Shown one piece after another: positions 37,966 to 46,843 of a stretch of 64,000 bases of DNA. The position numbers were made by a program, and so were the translations under genes. Position 1 is the stretch's first letter. Each line of letters opens with the position of its first letter. The notes under the pieces were generated by a model, which had not been told where the DNA came from, did not search any database, and was given only the letters and a program-made list of their open reading frames with translations. Source of the DNA: a virus. The DNA is taken from positions 18,147 through 82,146 of the IMG/VR virus record IMGVR_UViG_3300049002_000006, one strand, 5' to 3'.

Positions 37966-38588
37966 GAGAGTCGATTCCTGTGAAGGTGTTTATAGGTCTC
38001 GACCGCCGCTTTGATTTCGTTCCACTCCTTCGCAGACAGGGTCCTTCCTGTTTTCTGACTGCCCTGACGGTTGTTACCGCTTTTCGCGGTAAGTTCTATA
38101 AAGACCCGGTCGGACAGCATCTTGTCGATGTTCGCCACGAATCCGTTCGTGTTATACGTGTTGAGGAATGTCTGCACGTCTGACATCTTTGCCATATTCG
38201 GAATACCGGACCTGGCCCGGATGTATGCCGGGTTATCAAGGATCTTGGTGACGATCATCATGTCGATGGTGTCTGACGGGTTGTGTTCCTTTATGTTCTG
38301 CTTGACCTCACCGTTCGTCCTCTTGCCCTTGTCCGTCAAGGCGTACACTTTTGGCCGGACCTTATCCAGAAATCCTTGGTTGTGAAGTCCTCTTTCCCCC
38401 ATGACGTAAGACAGGACTTTATTATTGTCAGGATGTTCTTCTTCGTATCCGCGAAGACCTAGCAGTTTTTTGTTGTGCTGCCAGCTAGTCACTACCAGTT
38501 GCTCGGCGGTGAACGTGAGTAGCCCTTGACTGGTCAGGAGTTTTGCAGCCGACAGGATGTTTTGCTTGATGGTAGTCGAGTCAGACAC
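37962..38588 (-). CDS. Winged-helix-like hypothetical protein
   Basis: F.AEQLVV..W......GL.GY...HPD.NKV....MG..GL...Y.LT.KG. Confidence 0.5.
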   Translation of the reverse strand: MSDSTTIKQNILSAAKLLTSQGLLTFTAEQLVVTSWQHNKKLLGLRGYEEEHPDNNKVLSYVMGERGLHNQGFLDKVRPKVYALTDKGKRTNGEVKQNIKEHNPSDTIDMMIVTKILDNPAYIRARSGIPNMAKMSDVQTFLNTYNTNGFVANIDKMLSDRVFIELTAKSGNNRQGSQKTGRTLSAKEWNEIKAAVETYKHLHRNRLS

Positions 38589-38591
38589 TTA

Positions 38592-39164
38592 TCAGCCTCC
38601 GTTTTCCTTGAGGACTTCTTCTTGGATGCGATTCAGGTACACTGTCGGACCTATTCGCCTTTGGCAGTTTAGAACGTGGTTATGATCCGGAGCCTGCCAT
38701 CCTTCTGGTTTGAGATACTTCCCTGTCTCAGGGTTGATGATCGCCTTGCCATCCGGGAACTTGGAGTTGTTTGCCCGGCAGACTTCGGCCAGGTGGGGCA
38801 GGTCCGGAACGCCGCAGGCGACCAGGGCTCCGGTGGCGACGTAAATCAGGTCACATGCCCCGTCGATGATCTCTTCCAGAGTGTGCCATTCGTTATCAAT
38901 ACCATCATGGGACAATAGTTCGTAGTTGGGCTGACACGGCACTTCCTCCGGATCGCCCTTCATCGGCATAACTAGGAAGCCTAATGCGTGAATAGTTTCC
39001 ATGGTTTCTTCAAGGATCAGTTGGGCGGACAGCCGCCGGATAGCTTCATCCGGAACGCCCGGCATGGCCCGGATCGCCTGCCGCGGATCGTACTTAACGG
39101 CGACTCCTTTCGTGAAAAGATTCGAGAGGGCGACCTGGCTGAGCAGCGGATGAGTCTTCATCAT
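38592..39164 (-). CDS. MazG-like all-alpha NTP pyrophosphohydrolase (possible dUTPase)
   Basis: LILEE..E, EIIDG.CDLIYV..G, EV.RAN.SK, GK.LKP.GW..PD. Confidence 0.8.
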   Translation of the reverse strand: MMKTHPLLSQVALSNLFTKGVAVKYDPRQAIRAMPGVPDEAIRRLSAQLILEETMETIHALGFLVMPMKGDPEEVPCQPNYELLSHDGIDNEWHTLEEIIDGACDLIYVATGALVACGVPDLPHLAEVCRANNSKFPDGKAIINPETGKYLKPEGWQAPDHNHVLNCQRRIGPTVYLNRIQEEVLKENGG

Positions 39165-39580
39165 GTTCCTTTCTTGACTACTCGGTACCGAACCTTAGCA
39201 CAGTTGTCATGGTGTAGGCGAGTCTTTTGGAAGGCTTTGATCCACTTCTGGACCTTGTTAGCAGCGTCCAGATACGCCCGACTCGGCCGCATGTCCTTTT
39301 CTTGCCCCGGCCGGTACGTAGACCAGATCAGGTCTCGGAGTTCTTTCGGGAGTTGGAACCAGTGAGCGGCACAGCCCCACTTGGCCGGAGGCACTTGTTG
39401 CTTGCAGCCGGGCCAATGACAGCTGTGAGGCCGGTCCTGCTTCTGCCTTTGGACATAATCAGCCTTCCGATTCGCCATCTTCCGGCTCCTGATTGTTTGT
39501 ATTCTAGGCGGACGAGGGAACGAAGAGGCGGGGCGGTTATTTTCTGGACGTTTATAACCGCCCCTGGAACGACTGCCCAT
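39161..39580 (-). CDS. Conserved phage Cys/His protein
   Basis: HSCHWPGC...VPP..WGC..HW..LP. Confidence 0.6.
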   Translation of the reverse strand: MGSRSRGGYKRPENNRPASSFPRPPRIQTIRSRKMANRKADYVQRQKQDRPHSCHWPGCKQQVPPAKWGCAAHWFQLPKELRDLIWSTYRPGQEKDMRPSRAYLDAANKVQKWIKAFQKTRLHHDNCAKVRYRVVKKGT

Positions 39581-40203
39581 CAGCCGTCGTACTCTTCGTC
39601 TTGATCTTCCTGATCTTCCTCGTCGTCGTCCTCTTCTGACCTGCGAATCCTTTCCTTCGCCGCTAGGACCTTTTTGTCAGGGCCGATCACTTCGTGAGGG
39701 ACGAACGGAGTCTCTTCCGAGACGATTTCGAGTTTCGACACCGTGATATTCAGGAATTCGACCTCAATCGAGACGAGTGCCCCGTTCGGGACGTCTTTCG
39801 GACTAAGCCCCCAATGGGCTAGGCCAGCCTCGCAGATGGTCTTCTCCACCTCCGGATTGACGTACTTGCCTAATTCTACGGTCGGCTTAGTCCCGGAGCA
39901 GTAGACGGTTCCGAACCAGTCTTTTCTCTTGATCTGACCAGGAGTCCTTCTCGACAGAGGTTCCAACCGCCAGAAGTAGAACTTCTTCCTGATCCGTTTC
40001 GGTTCTTCCGGCGGCTGATCGTGTTCGTGTGTCTGAGCCGCCGGAGCTTTGACGTGAGTTCCGTTTCTTTGGACGAAAAGCGTCGAGTGTCCGTTTACTT
40101 CGGAAGCGACAGTTAGCGCTCTGGCCGCTAGGACCTTGAACGCTTCTCGTTCCTGTTCAGTTAAGGGAGCTTTCATATCGCGACTGAAAGTCAGTTGATC
40201 CAT
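39580..40203 (-). CDS. Hypothetical protein
   Basis: AAAGGAGG RBS. Confidence 0.6.
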   Translation of the reverse strand: MDQLTFSRDMKAPLTEQEREAFKVLAARALTVASEVNGHSTLFVQRNGTHVKAPAAQTHEHDQPPEEPKRIRKKFYFWRLEPLSRRTPGQIKRKDWFGTVYCSGTKPTVELGKYVNPEVEKTICEAGLAHWGLSPKDVPNGALVSIEVEFLNITVSKLEIVSEETPFVPHEVIGPDKKVLAAKERIRRSEEDDDEEDQEDQDEEYDG

Positions 40204-40234
40204 TGTTTAATCCTCCTTTCTTTTGGTATTTGAA

Positions 40235-40582
40235 TCAGGCCCCAGGAGGCAGTTCCGTACCAGGAGTCGGAACGTCTTGTTGATCGCCGGCCTTCGCCAA
40301 AGGAACAGTTGTCTCTGCCCCTAGCGTGGCAGGAACTTCCGTCGGGACCGGAGGCGTCACGCTCGCCCTGGCCTGGTCCATCATTGCCGAGAACTTCGCC
40401 TCTAGCCGGTTGAAGCATAGCCCGATGTCCTTCACCTTACCCTCGGCCCGGTTGCTATACAAGCTTTGGGCGATGCCGACGAACTCCTGGCCTGTCCGAT
40501 AGTTGCCGAACAGCTTTCGCAGGGTATCTACTTCCTTCTGCACGACTTCCAACGATTCGATACTGACGGTTGCGTTAATCAT
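40235..40582 (-). CDS. Hypothetical protein
   Basis: ATGA-coupled ORF. Confidence 0.55.
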   Translation of the reverse strand: MINATVSIESLEVVQKEVDTLRKLFGNYRTGQEFVGIAQSLYSNRAEGKVKDIGLCFNRLEAKFSAMMDQARASVTPPVPTEVPATLGAETTVPLAKAGDQQDVPTPGTELPPGA

Positions 40583-41799
40583 CCGATCTCCTTGAGTTGT
40601 TCCTTAGCGACGTGCCACGTCAATAAGGAATCTAGGGCGTTATAACGGAGGACCGTACTCAGGTCGCATTCCGTTATTCGGTTGAGCCCCGGCCCGGATT
40701 CGTCTTTCGGTACCAGGTACGGGGCTACTGTATCGTTGTATTGTGGTTGCCCTAGTTTCACGAACGCCTGGAATTTCAGGCCACTAACCCCGCGTCTATG
40801 GTCTAGGGCGTGGGCGACTAGCATTCCGTCATGTCTCCAGTTGTTGACGAACTTGCCCCATTGAAACCTGGTCCATAAATCTTCGTGTTTCGTGTTCCAA
40901 CCGATCTTCGGGCGAGGCCCTAAAACGATTTCCTTCGCGGCTTCGATCACGGGGCCGACGAAAGGGCAAGCGACAGACGAAAGGCCGTCGGAAACGCTTA
41001 TAGAGAAGATGCGGCTATGGACGTGCGGCACTAAAGAGCAAGTCTCATAGTCGAAGGATAAAGACCGTTTATTCGCGTGCATCTTTCGTAGTAATGCCGC
41101 CCCTTCGGTCGGGGCTATTTCGACCACGCATCTAGCGTCCAAGTCATCGACTGGTTCTTTATGTGGCCGTCCGTTTAACTCGAAAGCCGCTTTCAGGTGC
41201 TTGTCGAATAGAATACCTTCTATCGGTTTGTTCTCGTCTTCGTTCCGGTTGACATGACTCGGATGAAACGTCGGGCAGACCCAAGTGTTCGGCTTCCGGC
41301 AAGGAATCTTCCAGCCGGCCCACTTCGTGATGCCCCCGACGTCCTTATCGAACAGCCAACCGATTACCGACTCGACGGCCCTGGCCCCGAGGACGATAAT
41401 TGTTGACGGCTTTAACTCCTTGATCGTATTGGTCACGTTCGGACGACACCATTCGATCATTTCGTCCTTGGTGATCTTATTCCGTGGCGGCCTGCACCAA
41501 AGACTGTTGATGGTCCAGCAATCCCGCTCCAGGTCGATTTTTAGCTTCCTGAGAGTCTTATGGAGTCTGGCCCCGGCCGGGGCTCCTGGAAAGAACGGCC
41601 GCCCGTGCAAGTCTTCCTGTTCTCCGGGGGCCTCGCCGACGATCAGGACACCCCGCTTGCCCTTACCGAAGACCTTCATCTTCGGCGTCCGACACCCGCT
41701 CTTGTCGAGCCGGCACATGGAGCACTTCGGGCTGATCGGGTCCGGCGGCCGAAACATCTCTAAGGCGGTCCGCGAGAACAGAGGACTTTCTAACATCAC
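40579..41799 (-). CDS. Family-4 uracil-DNA glycosylase fused to a PolA-type 3'-5' exonuclease (N-terminal part of split polymerase)
   Basis: CSMCRL, GEAPG..ED..GRPF, CRPP.N, FHPS; ExoI FDYET, ExoII WNTKHE, ExoIII YNALDS. Confidence 0.88.
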   Translation of the reverse strand: MMLESPLFSRTALEMFRPPDPISPKCSMCRLDKSGCRTPKMKVFGKGKRGVLIVGEAPGEQEDLHGRPFFPGAPAGARLHKTLRKLKIDLERDCWTINSLWCRPPRNKITKDEMIEWCRPNVTNTIKELKPSTIIVLGARAVESVIGWLFDKDVGGITKWAGWKIPCRKPNTWVCPTFHPSHVNRNEDENKPIEGILFDKHLKAAFELNGRPHKEPVDDLDARCVVEIAPTEGAALLRKMHANKRSLSFDYETCSLVPHVHSRIFSISVSDGLSSVACPFVGPVIEAAKEIVLGPRPKIGWNTKHEDLWTRFQWGKFVNNWRHDGMLVAHALDHRRGVSGLKFQAFVKLGQPQYNDTVAPYLVPKDESGPGLNRITECDLSTVLRYNALDSLLTWHVAKEQLKEIG

Positions 41800-41987
41800 T
41801 GTTCCTTGCTAGGCGGGCCGTCGTACAGACAAATATTTCCGGAATCTTTCCATTGTTTAACTATTCGGTCGAAGTCTTTTTCGCAGTCGGCGAACGCCCG
41901 AAGGCTGATCTGCCCTCTGGCGAGGAAGGCACCGTCTACGAACACGACGATTCGCTTGACGGTACCTATTGTGATCGGAACTTCCAT
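41796..41987 (-). CDS. Hypothetical protein
   Basis: GGAGG RBS; coupled. Confidence 0.45.
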   Translation of the reverse strand: MEVPITIGTVKRIVVFVDGAFLARGQISLRAFADCEKDFDRIVKQWKDSGNICLYDGPPSKEQ

Positions 41988-43033
41988 TAGTCCTCCAGAC
42001 TTTCGGTTTCCGCCTTCTTGTAGTCGTACAAGCCGGCGACGTAGGTAAACTTCCCACCGTCTACGATGATCCGGCGTTCCGGACTGACTTGACAGTCCGT
42101 GTGTCGTTTGACGAGTTCGATCAGGAGTTTCGGGGACACGGCAAACTTGAGTGGCTTTCCAATATACTTAACCTTCTTGAACTCGGTATGCTTCCCGTTC
42201 GGCCCGTGCCCAACGATTTTGAGGGCGTCGTTGGTTAGTTCGACCACTACGATGTTGTCGTCATTCTCGTCCGAGAACACTTGGGCCCGGTCGGCAGCGT
42301 CGCCTAGTCCCGGAGGCAAAACCGTCGGCACGCCCGTGACCTGAAGGGCTTTGTCCATGTCCTTAATGAATTCTGAGATCCACTTCTTCACACTATATAC
42401 CAACTTCGATCTGGTGTAGAAGTGAACGAAGTTTTCGTCCTCGGCAATGTAGACAGGGGCAATGACTTGGACGTGCTTGACCGACTCTCCTCGGACCATA
42501 AACGGCTCCTTCACGCCCGTTTGGAGCCTATATCGAGTAAGTTGCACACTGTCACAGGACTCAATATGCTTCGGGGTGATATGGACGCAGACCGTGTAGA
42601 ACATCGACACGTCCTTACCTACGCAGGTCATGGCGATGCCGATTGCGTCCGTGAAATCAGTATGGATTCGATTCCAGTCTTCTTTCTTCGGCAGCTTGAT
42701 CTTATCTACCGGAAGCAGGATCTCGCGGGCCGCCGGGAGTTCAGTCTTTCTTCCTTTACCTTTGATCACCAGATCGTTCCCGGACAGGCCCACGTCGATT
42801 TCTTCGTCCGGGAGTTTCGATAGAATCCGGAGTAGTGGGTCGGCTTGTACAGCACACACTAGGTCCTTTGGTAGGCCGCTTGGCGTTCGGCAAGCCACTT
42901 CCTCGTTGTAGGTGTAAATCCAACCGTTCTGAAATATGAAGTGCGTCGATTGCTCCACGATCGGCTGGTGCGAAAGCCCCGGCTTAACTTCGTCCAGTCG
43001 TTGCAGCAGGTATTCACGGTTGATTCGGGCCAT
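41987..43033 (-). CDS. dnaN: Sliding clamp (DNA polymerase III beta-like)
   Basis: About 348 aa three-domain pattern; L..ILSKLPDEEI.V, RA.VFS, F.VSPKLL.E. Confidence 0.7.
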   Translation of the reverse strand: MARINREYLLQRLDEVKPGLSHQPIVEQSTHFIFQNGWIYTYNEEVACRTPSGLPKDLVCAVQADPLLRILSKLPDEEIDVGLSGNDLVIKGKGRKTELPAAREILLPVDKIKLPKKEDWNRIHTDFTDAIGIAMTCVGKDVSMFYTVCVHITPKHIESCDSVQLTRYRLQTGVKEPFMVRGESVKHVQVIAPVYIAEDENFVHFYTRSKLVYSVKKWISEFIKDMDKALQVTGVPTVLPPGLGDAADRAQVFSDENDDNIVVVELTNDALKIVGHGPNGKHTEFKKVKYIGKPLKFAVSPKLLIELVKRHTDCQVSPERRIIVDGGKFTYVAGLYDYKKAETESLED

Positions 43034-43203
43034 TACTTGTTGTCCTCGGCAAGTGAGTCGATACAGGTCGAAATCAGCCGACGCCGGGTAAAGTCTTCCT
43101 CGAGATTGAGAACGACTGTGTAGGCGTTCATCAACTCTTCGTACCTGCGTTGTTCTTCGTGTTGCTGGCGAGCCCATTCTTCGTTTGTTGCTGGCTTCGA
43201 CAT
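43033..43203 (-). CDS. Hypothetical protein
   Basis: AAAGGAG RBS, ATG 43203. Confidence 0.45.
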   Translation of the reverse strand: MSKPATNEEWARQQHEEQRRYEELMNAYTVVLNLEEDFTRRRLISTCIDSLAEDNK

Positions 43204-43364
43204 TCGCTGGCTCCTTTCTTCCATCGGTACTTGATAGCTCGTTTCAACCGGGCGTTGATCTTCTTCTTCCGCATGTAGCAGCACACGTACCAGCTGAGCA
43301 TGATTGGTGGGTCTTTTAGACCCGTTTCGGCAATCTCTGAACCGCCGCTCAGATATACGATCAT
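43131..43364 (-). CDS. Small protein resembling a detached N-terminal segment of DpdA/TGT-like proteins
   Basis: MIVYLSGG...IMLSWY. Confidence 0.35.
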   Translation of the reverse strand: MIVYLSGGSEIAETGLKDPPIMLSWYVCCYMRKKKINARLKRAIKYRWKKGASECRSQQQTKNGLASNTKNNAGTKS

Positions 43365-43606
43365 GTTTTCGTGATTTCTTTAAAGTGATTCGTTCTGAGC
43401 CAGTACACGAAGTCCTCAAATAGTGTCATCAGCTTTGGATCTTTGAAACAGAAGCTCGCAAGCTCTCGCATTGTCTCAGTAGGTCCGCCGTCATGCTTCC
43501 ATGGAAAATCGTAATCGACGGTTAGACCAAAGTCTAAAATCATCTGGTTCGACTTGTTCATATGGGCGATTAATGCCTCGAATTTTTCGTTTTTTGGTCG
43601 GCTCAT
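43361..43606 (-). CDS. Hypothetical protein
   Basis: ATGA-coupled ORF. Confidence 0.5.
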   Translation of the reverse strand: MSRPKNEKFEALIAHMNKSNQMILDFGLTVDYDFPWKHDGGPTETMRELASFCFKDPKLMTLFEDFVYWLRTNHFKEITKT

Positions 43607-44544
43607 TGGAATATCCTTCCGTAATTAGTTTTCGGTTTGAAGGCCCACGGCCATTTAGGCAACCATTCACACAGCTTCTCGAAGAACCTGGCGTTCGCCA
43701 GGGCTCGCGGGTTGTACGTCGATAACGCCCCAGGAACTTTCACCGTTCCGTCTTTGTTGAAAGTCCCGAGCGGCACGTCGATGATCTTCAACCACTCTAA
43801 GACTATTGCCCTTGCCCCGGAAGTCAGATGGTAGAAATGCTTCCAGTTCTTGCCGATTGTTTTACTCCGGTGACTCATGCCGATCTGGTATGGGGCCACG
43901 CCGAACGTAAACGCCCCGTTCCGCTTGTGTGGCACGAACAGGCTCCCGAAGCCGGCCGCTTTCGCCCACGACGAGGAATCGACGCTATAAAAAGGGTAGC
44001 GAATCATCAAGTCGTAGGACGTGACTGCGAACCCGTGTGTTTTGATCCTCGGCTTTCGGTCCGGAAAGCTACACAGCCTGTCGAACACCGAATCAGTCCA
44101 TTTCTTGTACGATTGCTTGGTCGAGTCCTGTCCCATGCCACCGATACCAATGAAGTCGTACCCGGCCTCTATGTGCTTGTCGAGCCACTTTAACGGAGTC
44201 TTATCGTGTATGACAGGAACAGGACTGAGCCCGTGCTTCTCTTCTAAATACTTGAGTGACTTCCAGCTTAGTTCCGGATTGAAGATTACGTCCACAGTGA
44301 CGTAGAAGTCGATGCCCTGACCGTATCTTTTCAGGAAGGCCGCGTACTGATCCAGGTACGCCTTGAACTCGGAAGTTTTGAACCAGTCGTACCGGGCTTG
44401 CCCTTTTCCTAGGACGTGCATGTTGAACAGACTATGCGCTCCTGAGTCCAGAAATAAAGAACCACACGTTGATTTGGAGTGATCGACGTAGACACGGTTC
44501 AAACTCATGAACTTTCTTTTCAACCCTAATCGACCGGAGCCCAT
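43603..44544 (-). CDS. dpdA: DpdA-like DNA guanine transglycosylase (TGT-fold)
   Basis: LFLDSGAHS, VDVI, PVPVIH, IGIGG, HGFA, PFYSVDSSSW; clustered with folE/queD/queE. Confidence 0.75.
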   Translation of the reverse strand: MGSGRLGLKRKFMSLNRVYVDHSKSTCGSLFLDSGAHSLFNMHVLGKGQARYDWFKTSEFKAYLDQYAAFLKRYGQGIDFYVTVDVIFNPELSWKSLKYLEEKHGLSPVPVIHDKTPLKWLDKHIEAGYDFIGIGGMGQDSTKQSYKKWTDSVFDRLCSFPDRKPRIKTHGFAVTSYDLMIRYPFYSVDSSSWAKAAGFGSLFVPHKRNGAFTFGVAPYQIGMSHRSKTIGKNWKHFYHLTSGARAIVLEWLKIIDVPLGTFNKDGTVKVPGALSTYNPRALANARFFEKLCEWLPKWPWAFKPKTNYGRIFQ

Positions 44545-44545
44545 G

Positions 44546-45724
44546 TCAACTCTCCGGGTATAGCGGTTCGAGGACGTAGTTCGTCAGGCCCATTACGTTT
44601 GTCATCCGTTTCCAGGTGTCGTCGTATCGTTTGTGAATCCAAGACCTTTTCTTGATGCTGGCCGGTCCGAAAGATACAATATCTAGTGCGACCAGGACAC
44701 TAGACACAGCGTCCCCGACTGACCAAGGATTGTACATGAACACACCGTCCTTCTCATAGTTCAAGGTCTCGGGGAAGGACCTGAACTTAGGATAGATTGG
44801 GTAGCATCCGGCTACCGATGCTTCGAGAAGGGTAAAACTGACCCAGTCTTGCAGGGCACAGTTGAACTGGATCTTTGACTCGCATAAGGTCGCGTAGTAT
44901 TGCTCCTTCGTCTGATTTTCCCGGAGTTCTACTACACCGTCGGCCAGGGCTTGGTTGAGCAGGGTCAGAAGGTGCTTGCCGTTACTTCTGATCTTCCGAG
45001 CAGAGGTTGTTACGACGAAGTTCACGTCCGGCCTGAACTTTTTGACCTCCCTGGCGACTTGCAGGAAGAACTCCGGCTGCTTCTCGACGTCCCACCGTGA
45101 CGAGAACACGACTTGATTCTTGCGACTGACGGCTCCGGCATATCCGAGGACTGGAAATCCCTTCGTCTCGTTGACGTACCCAGCAGGCATCCGATCCATA
45201 ACTTCGGTCGAGTCAAACGGCAAGCCGACTACATGGATTTTGTCTTCATCGACTTCGTACTCCTCAATCATAAGGTTTTTAAGGAGGGAATTGGCTACAA
45301 ACACTCCTTCACACAGGTCGAGAACCATGTTCTCATAAGTCCACATCCACACATCCATCTTCGCCGTGAAGTCATATTCGTCTACCGACTGTGCCCACCA
45401 GTAGCAGTAGATTTTCGGCTTGATCCCGAGTTGATGGAAGGTGTACGGTAGGGCCTCGATTCCAGGTGTCCACGCGTCGTCTATCAGGATCACGTCCTTG
45501 TCTGTTAACTTCCAGTCTAGCAGCTGACTGATTTGTCTAAAGGAGTTCCCAGTTCTGGCATACGGATTTACGACTTGCCCGATGCCTACCGAGCCTTCTT
45601 GCTGAATAGTTCCTTCTATCTCCTGGAACAGAATACCTGCTTTCCGCCAGTTGTTGTGATACCAGAGTCGTAACTGGTCCGTATATCTTTCCTTGTACCC
45701 TTCGAGCGGCAGGTGAAAAAGCAT
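44546..45724 (-). CDS. GT-B fold glycosyltransferase (GT4-like)
   Basis: VVFSSRWD.EKQP.FF, QDWVSFTLLEASVAGCYPIYP.FRSFPE. Confidence 0.8.
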   Translation of the reverse strand: MLFHLPLEGYKERYTDQLRLWYHNNWRKAGILFQEIEGTIQQEGSVGIGQVVNPYARTGNSFRQISQLLDWKLTDKDVILIDDAWTPGIEALPYTFHQLGIKPKIYCYWWAQSVDEYDFTAKMDVWMWTYENMVLDLCEGVFVANSLLKNLMIEEYEVDEDKIHVVGLPFDSTEVMDRMPAGYVNETKGFPVLGYAGAVSRKNQVVFSSRWDVEKQPEFFLQVAREVKKFRPDVNFVVTTSARKIRSNGKHLLTLLNQALADGVVELRENQTKEQYYATLCESKIQFNCALQDWVSFTLLEASVAGCYPIYPKFRSFPETLNYEKDGVFMYNPWSVGDAVSSVLVALDIVSFGPASIKKRSWIHKRYDDTWKRMTNVMGLTNYVLEPLYPES

Positions 45725-45726
45725 AG

Positions 45727-46077
45727 TTATACCTTACTCAGAGGAAGATAAATGGCCCCGTTCTCGTCGTCCTCGTTCACGGTCACGGAACCAACTGTGA
45801 ATCCGGTACTTGCGAGGAAAGCGGCGGTATTTCTGGCGATCATTTCACACGATTCCTCGAAATACTTTCCAGCGTATTCGATTGCCAGGAAGGCATCGAT
45901 TTTGTGCTTCAACTGGATGAATTCTACTTGGCGGTTATCATTCGTGACAATGATAACCGCCAAGACGTGGAAGATGTGCCGGTGCCAGTTGCGTAAGAAG
46001 TCCACTTCAAGGGGGGCATCTTTCCATCTGTGGAAGCCCTCGAAGGTAGTCTTGGCGTAGATGGTCATTAAGGGCAT
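45727..46077 (-). CDS. QueD-paralogous T-fold protein, DpdL-like
   Basis: FEGFH.W..AP..V.FLRNWHRHIF (LxxxHRHxF), R.VEFI, SCEMIA, EDDENGA. Confidence 0.7.
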   Translation of the reverse strand: MPLMTIYAKTTFEGFHRWKDAPLEVDFLRNWHRHIFHVLAVIIVTNDNRQVEFIQLKHKIDAFLAIEYAGKYFEESCEMIARNTAAFLASTGFTVGSVTVNEDDENGAIYLPLSKV

Positions 46078-46082
46078 GGCAG

Positions 46083-46186
46083 TTTCCTTTGGCGTCTAGA
46101 ACATCGTTTGCGGGCCGATCTTGCCCGGGGCGTCACTTTTGTACGTCTGACACTAGATCGGGGCTTAGAATCGATTGTAGCGCGTC
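46083..46186. repeat. Dispersed quasi-palindromic element, copy B
   Basis: TTTCCTTTGGCGTCTAGAAC-N10-GGCCGATC(46113)-N35-GATCGGGG. Confidence 0.7.
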
Positions 46187-46204
46187 TGGCGGGCAGGATA
46201 TCGG

Positions 46205-46843
46205 CTAGGCTTGTCGGCCGATCATGCGATAGAACTCCGCCCTCGTTGCGGGGTCCGTCTTGAACGCCCCCCGCAGGCTGGCTGTTACGGTCACTGATCC
46301 GGGCGTGTTCACACCACGACACGCAATGCAACTGTGAGACGCTTCGATGACACACGCGGCCCCGTTCGGCAAAAGAATTGAGTCCATCAGCAAGTCCGTG
46401 ACTTGTGTCGTCAGTCGTTCCTGGACTTGTAGTCGGCGAGCGAAGGCATGGACGATCCGCACCATCTTCGACAGGCCGATGATCTTGCCGGCCGGTAGGT
46501 AGGCTACATGGGCTACTCCGGAGAATTGGAGTAAATGATGTTCGCACAACGACACGAATGGAATGTCACGCTGGACGACCATCTCGTTGTATTGCTGCGG
46601 TCCTTCCTCCTCGAATGTTTTCAGGTATTGCCTTGGGTCGATGGTGTAGCCGGAAGTCATTTCCTGGAGGGCTTTGACAAAGCGGGCCGGCGTCTCTACT
46701 AGACCGGCCCGCTTAGGGTTCTCGCCGACGAACGACACGAGCAGCTTGACGGCGTTCTCGGCTTCCAATTGCCTGGTCGCCTCTTCTATGGCAGAGCCGA
46801 CCCAGGTCGGTAGTCCGCTGCCCGGCTTGTGTCCTTTATTCAT
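46205..46843 (-). CDS. folE: GTP cyclohydrolase I
   Basis: TPAR, SLCEHHLL, GLSK..R, RRLQVQE, H.C..CRG. Confidence 0.95.
   Translation of the reverse strand: MNKGHKPGSGLPTWVGSAIEEATRQLEAENAVKLLVSFVGENPKRAGLVETPARFVKALQEMTSGYTIDPRQYLKTFEEEGPQQYNEMVVQRDIPFVSLCEHHLLQFSGVAHVAYLPAGKIIGLSKMVRIVHAFARRLQVQERLTTQVTDLLMDSILLPNGAACVIEASHSCIACRGVNTPGSVTVTASLRGAFKTDPATRAEFYRMIGRQA

Noticed and set aside
37966-40578. Group I intron or intein splitting the polymerase
   Set aside because: The gap is filled by coupled ordinary ORFs; no homing endonuclease, intron core or intein terminal motifs were seen
46068-46547. Alternative ORF overlapping folE and repeat copy B
   Set aside because: Out-of-frame overlap with a well-supported gene and no protein-like features
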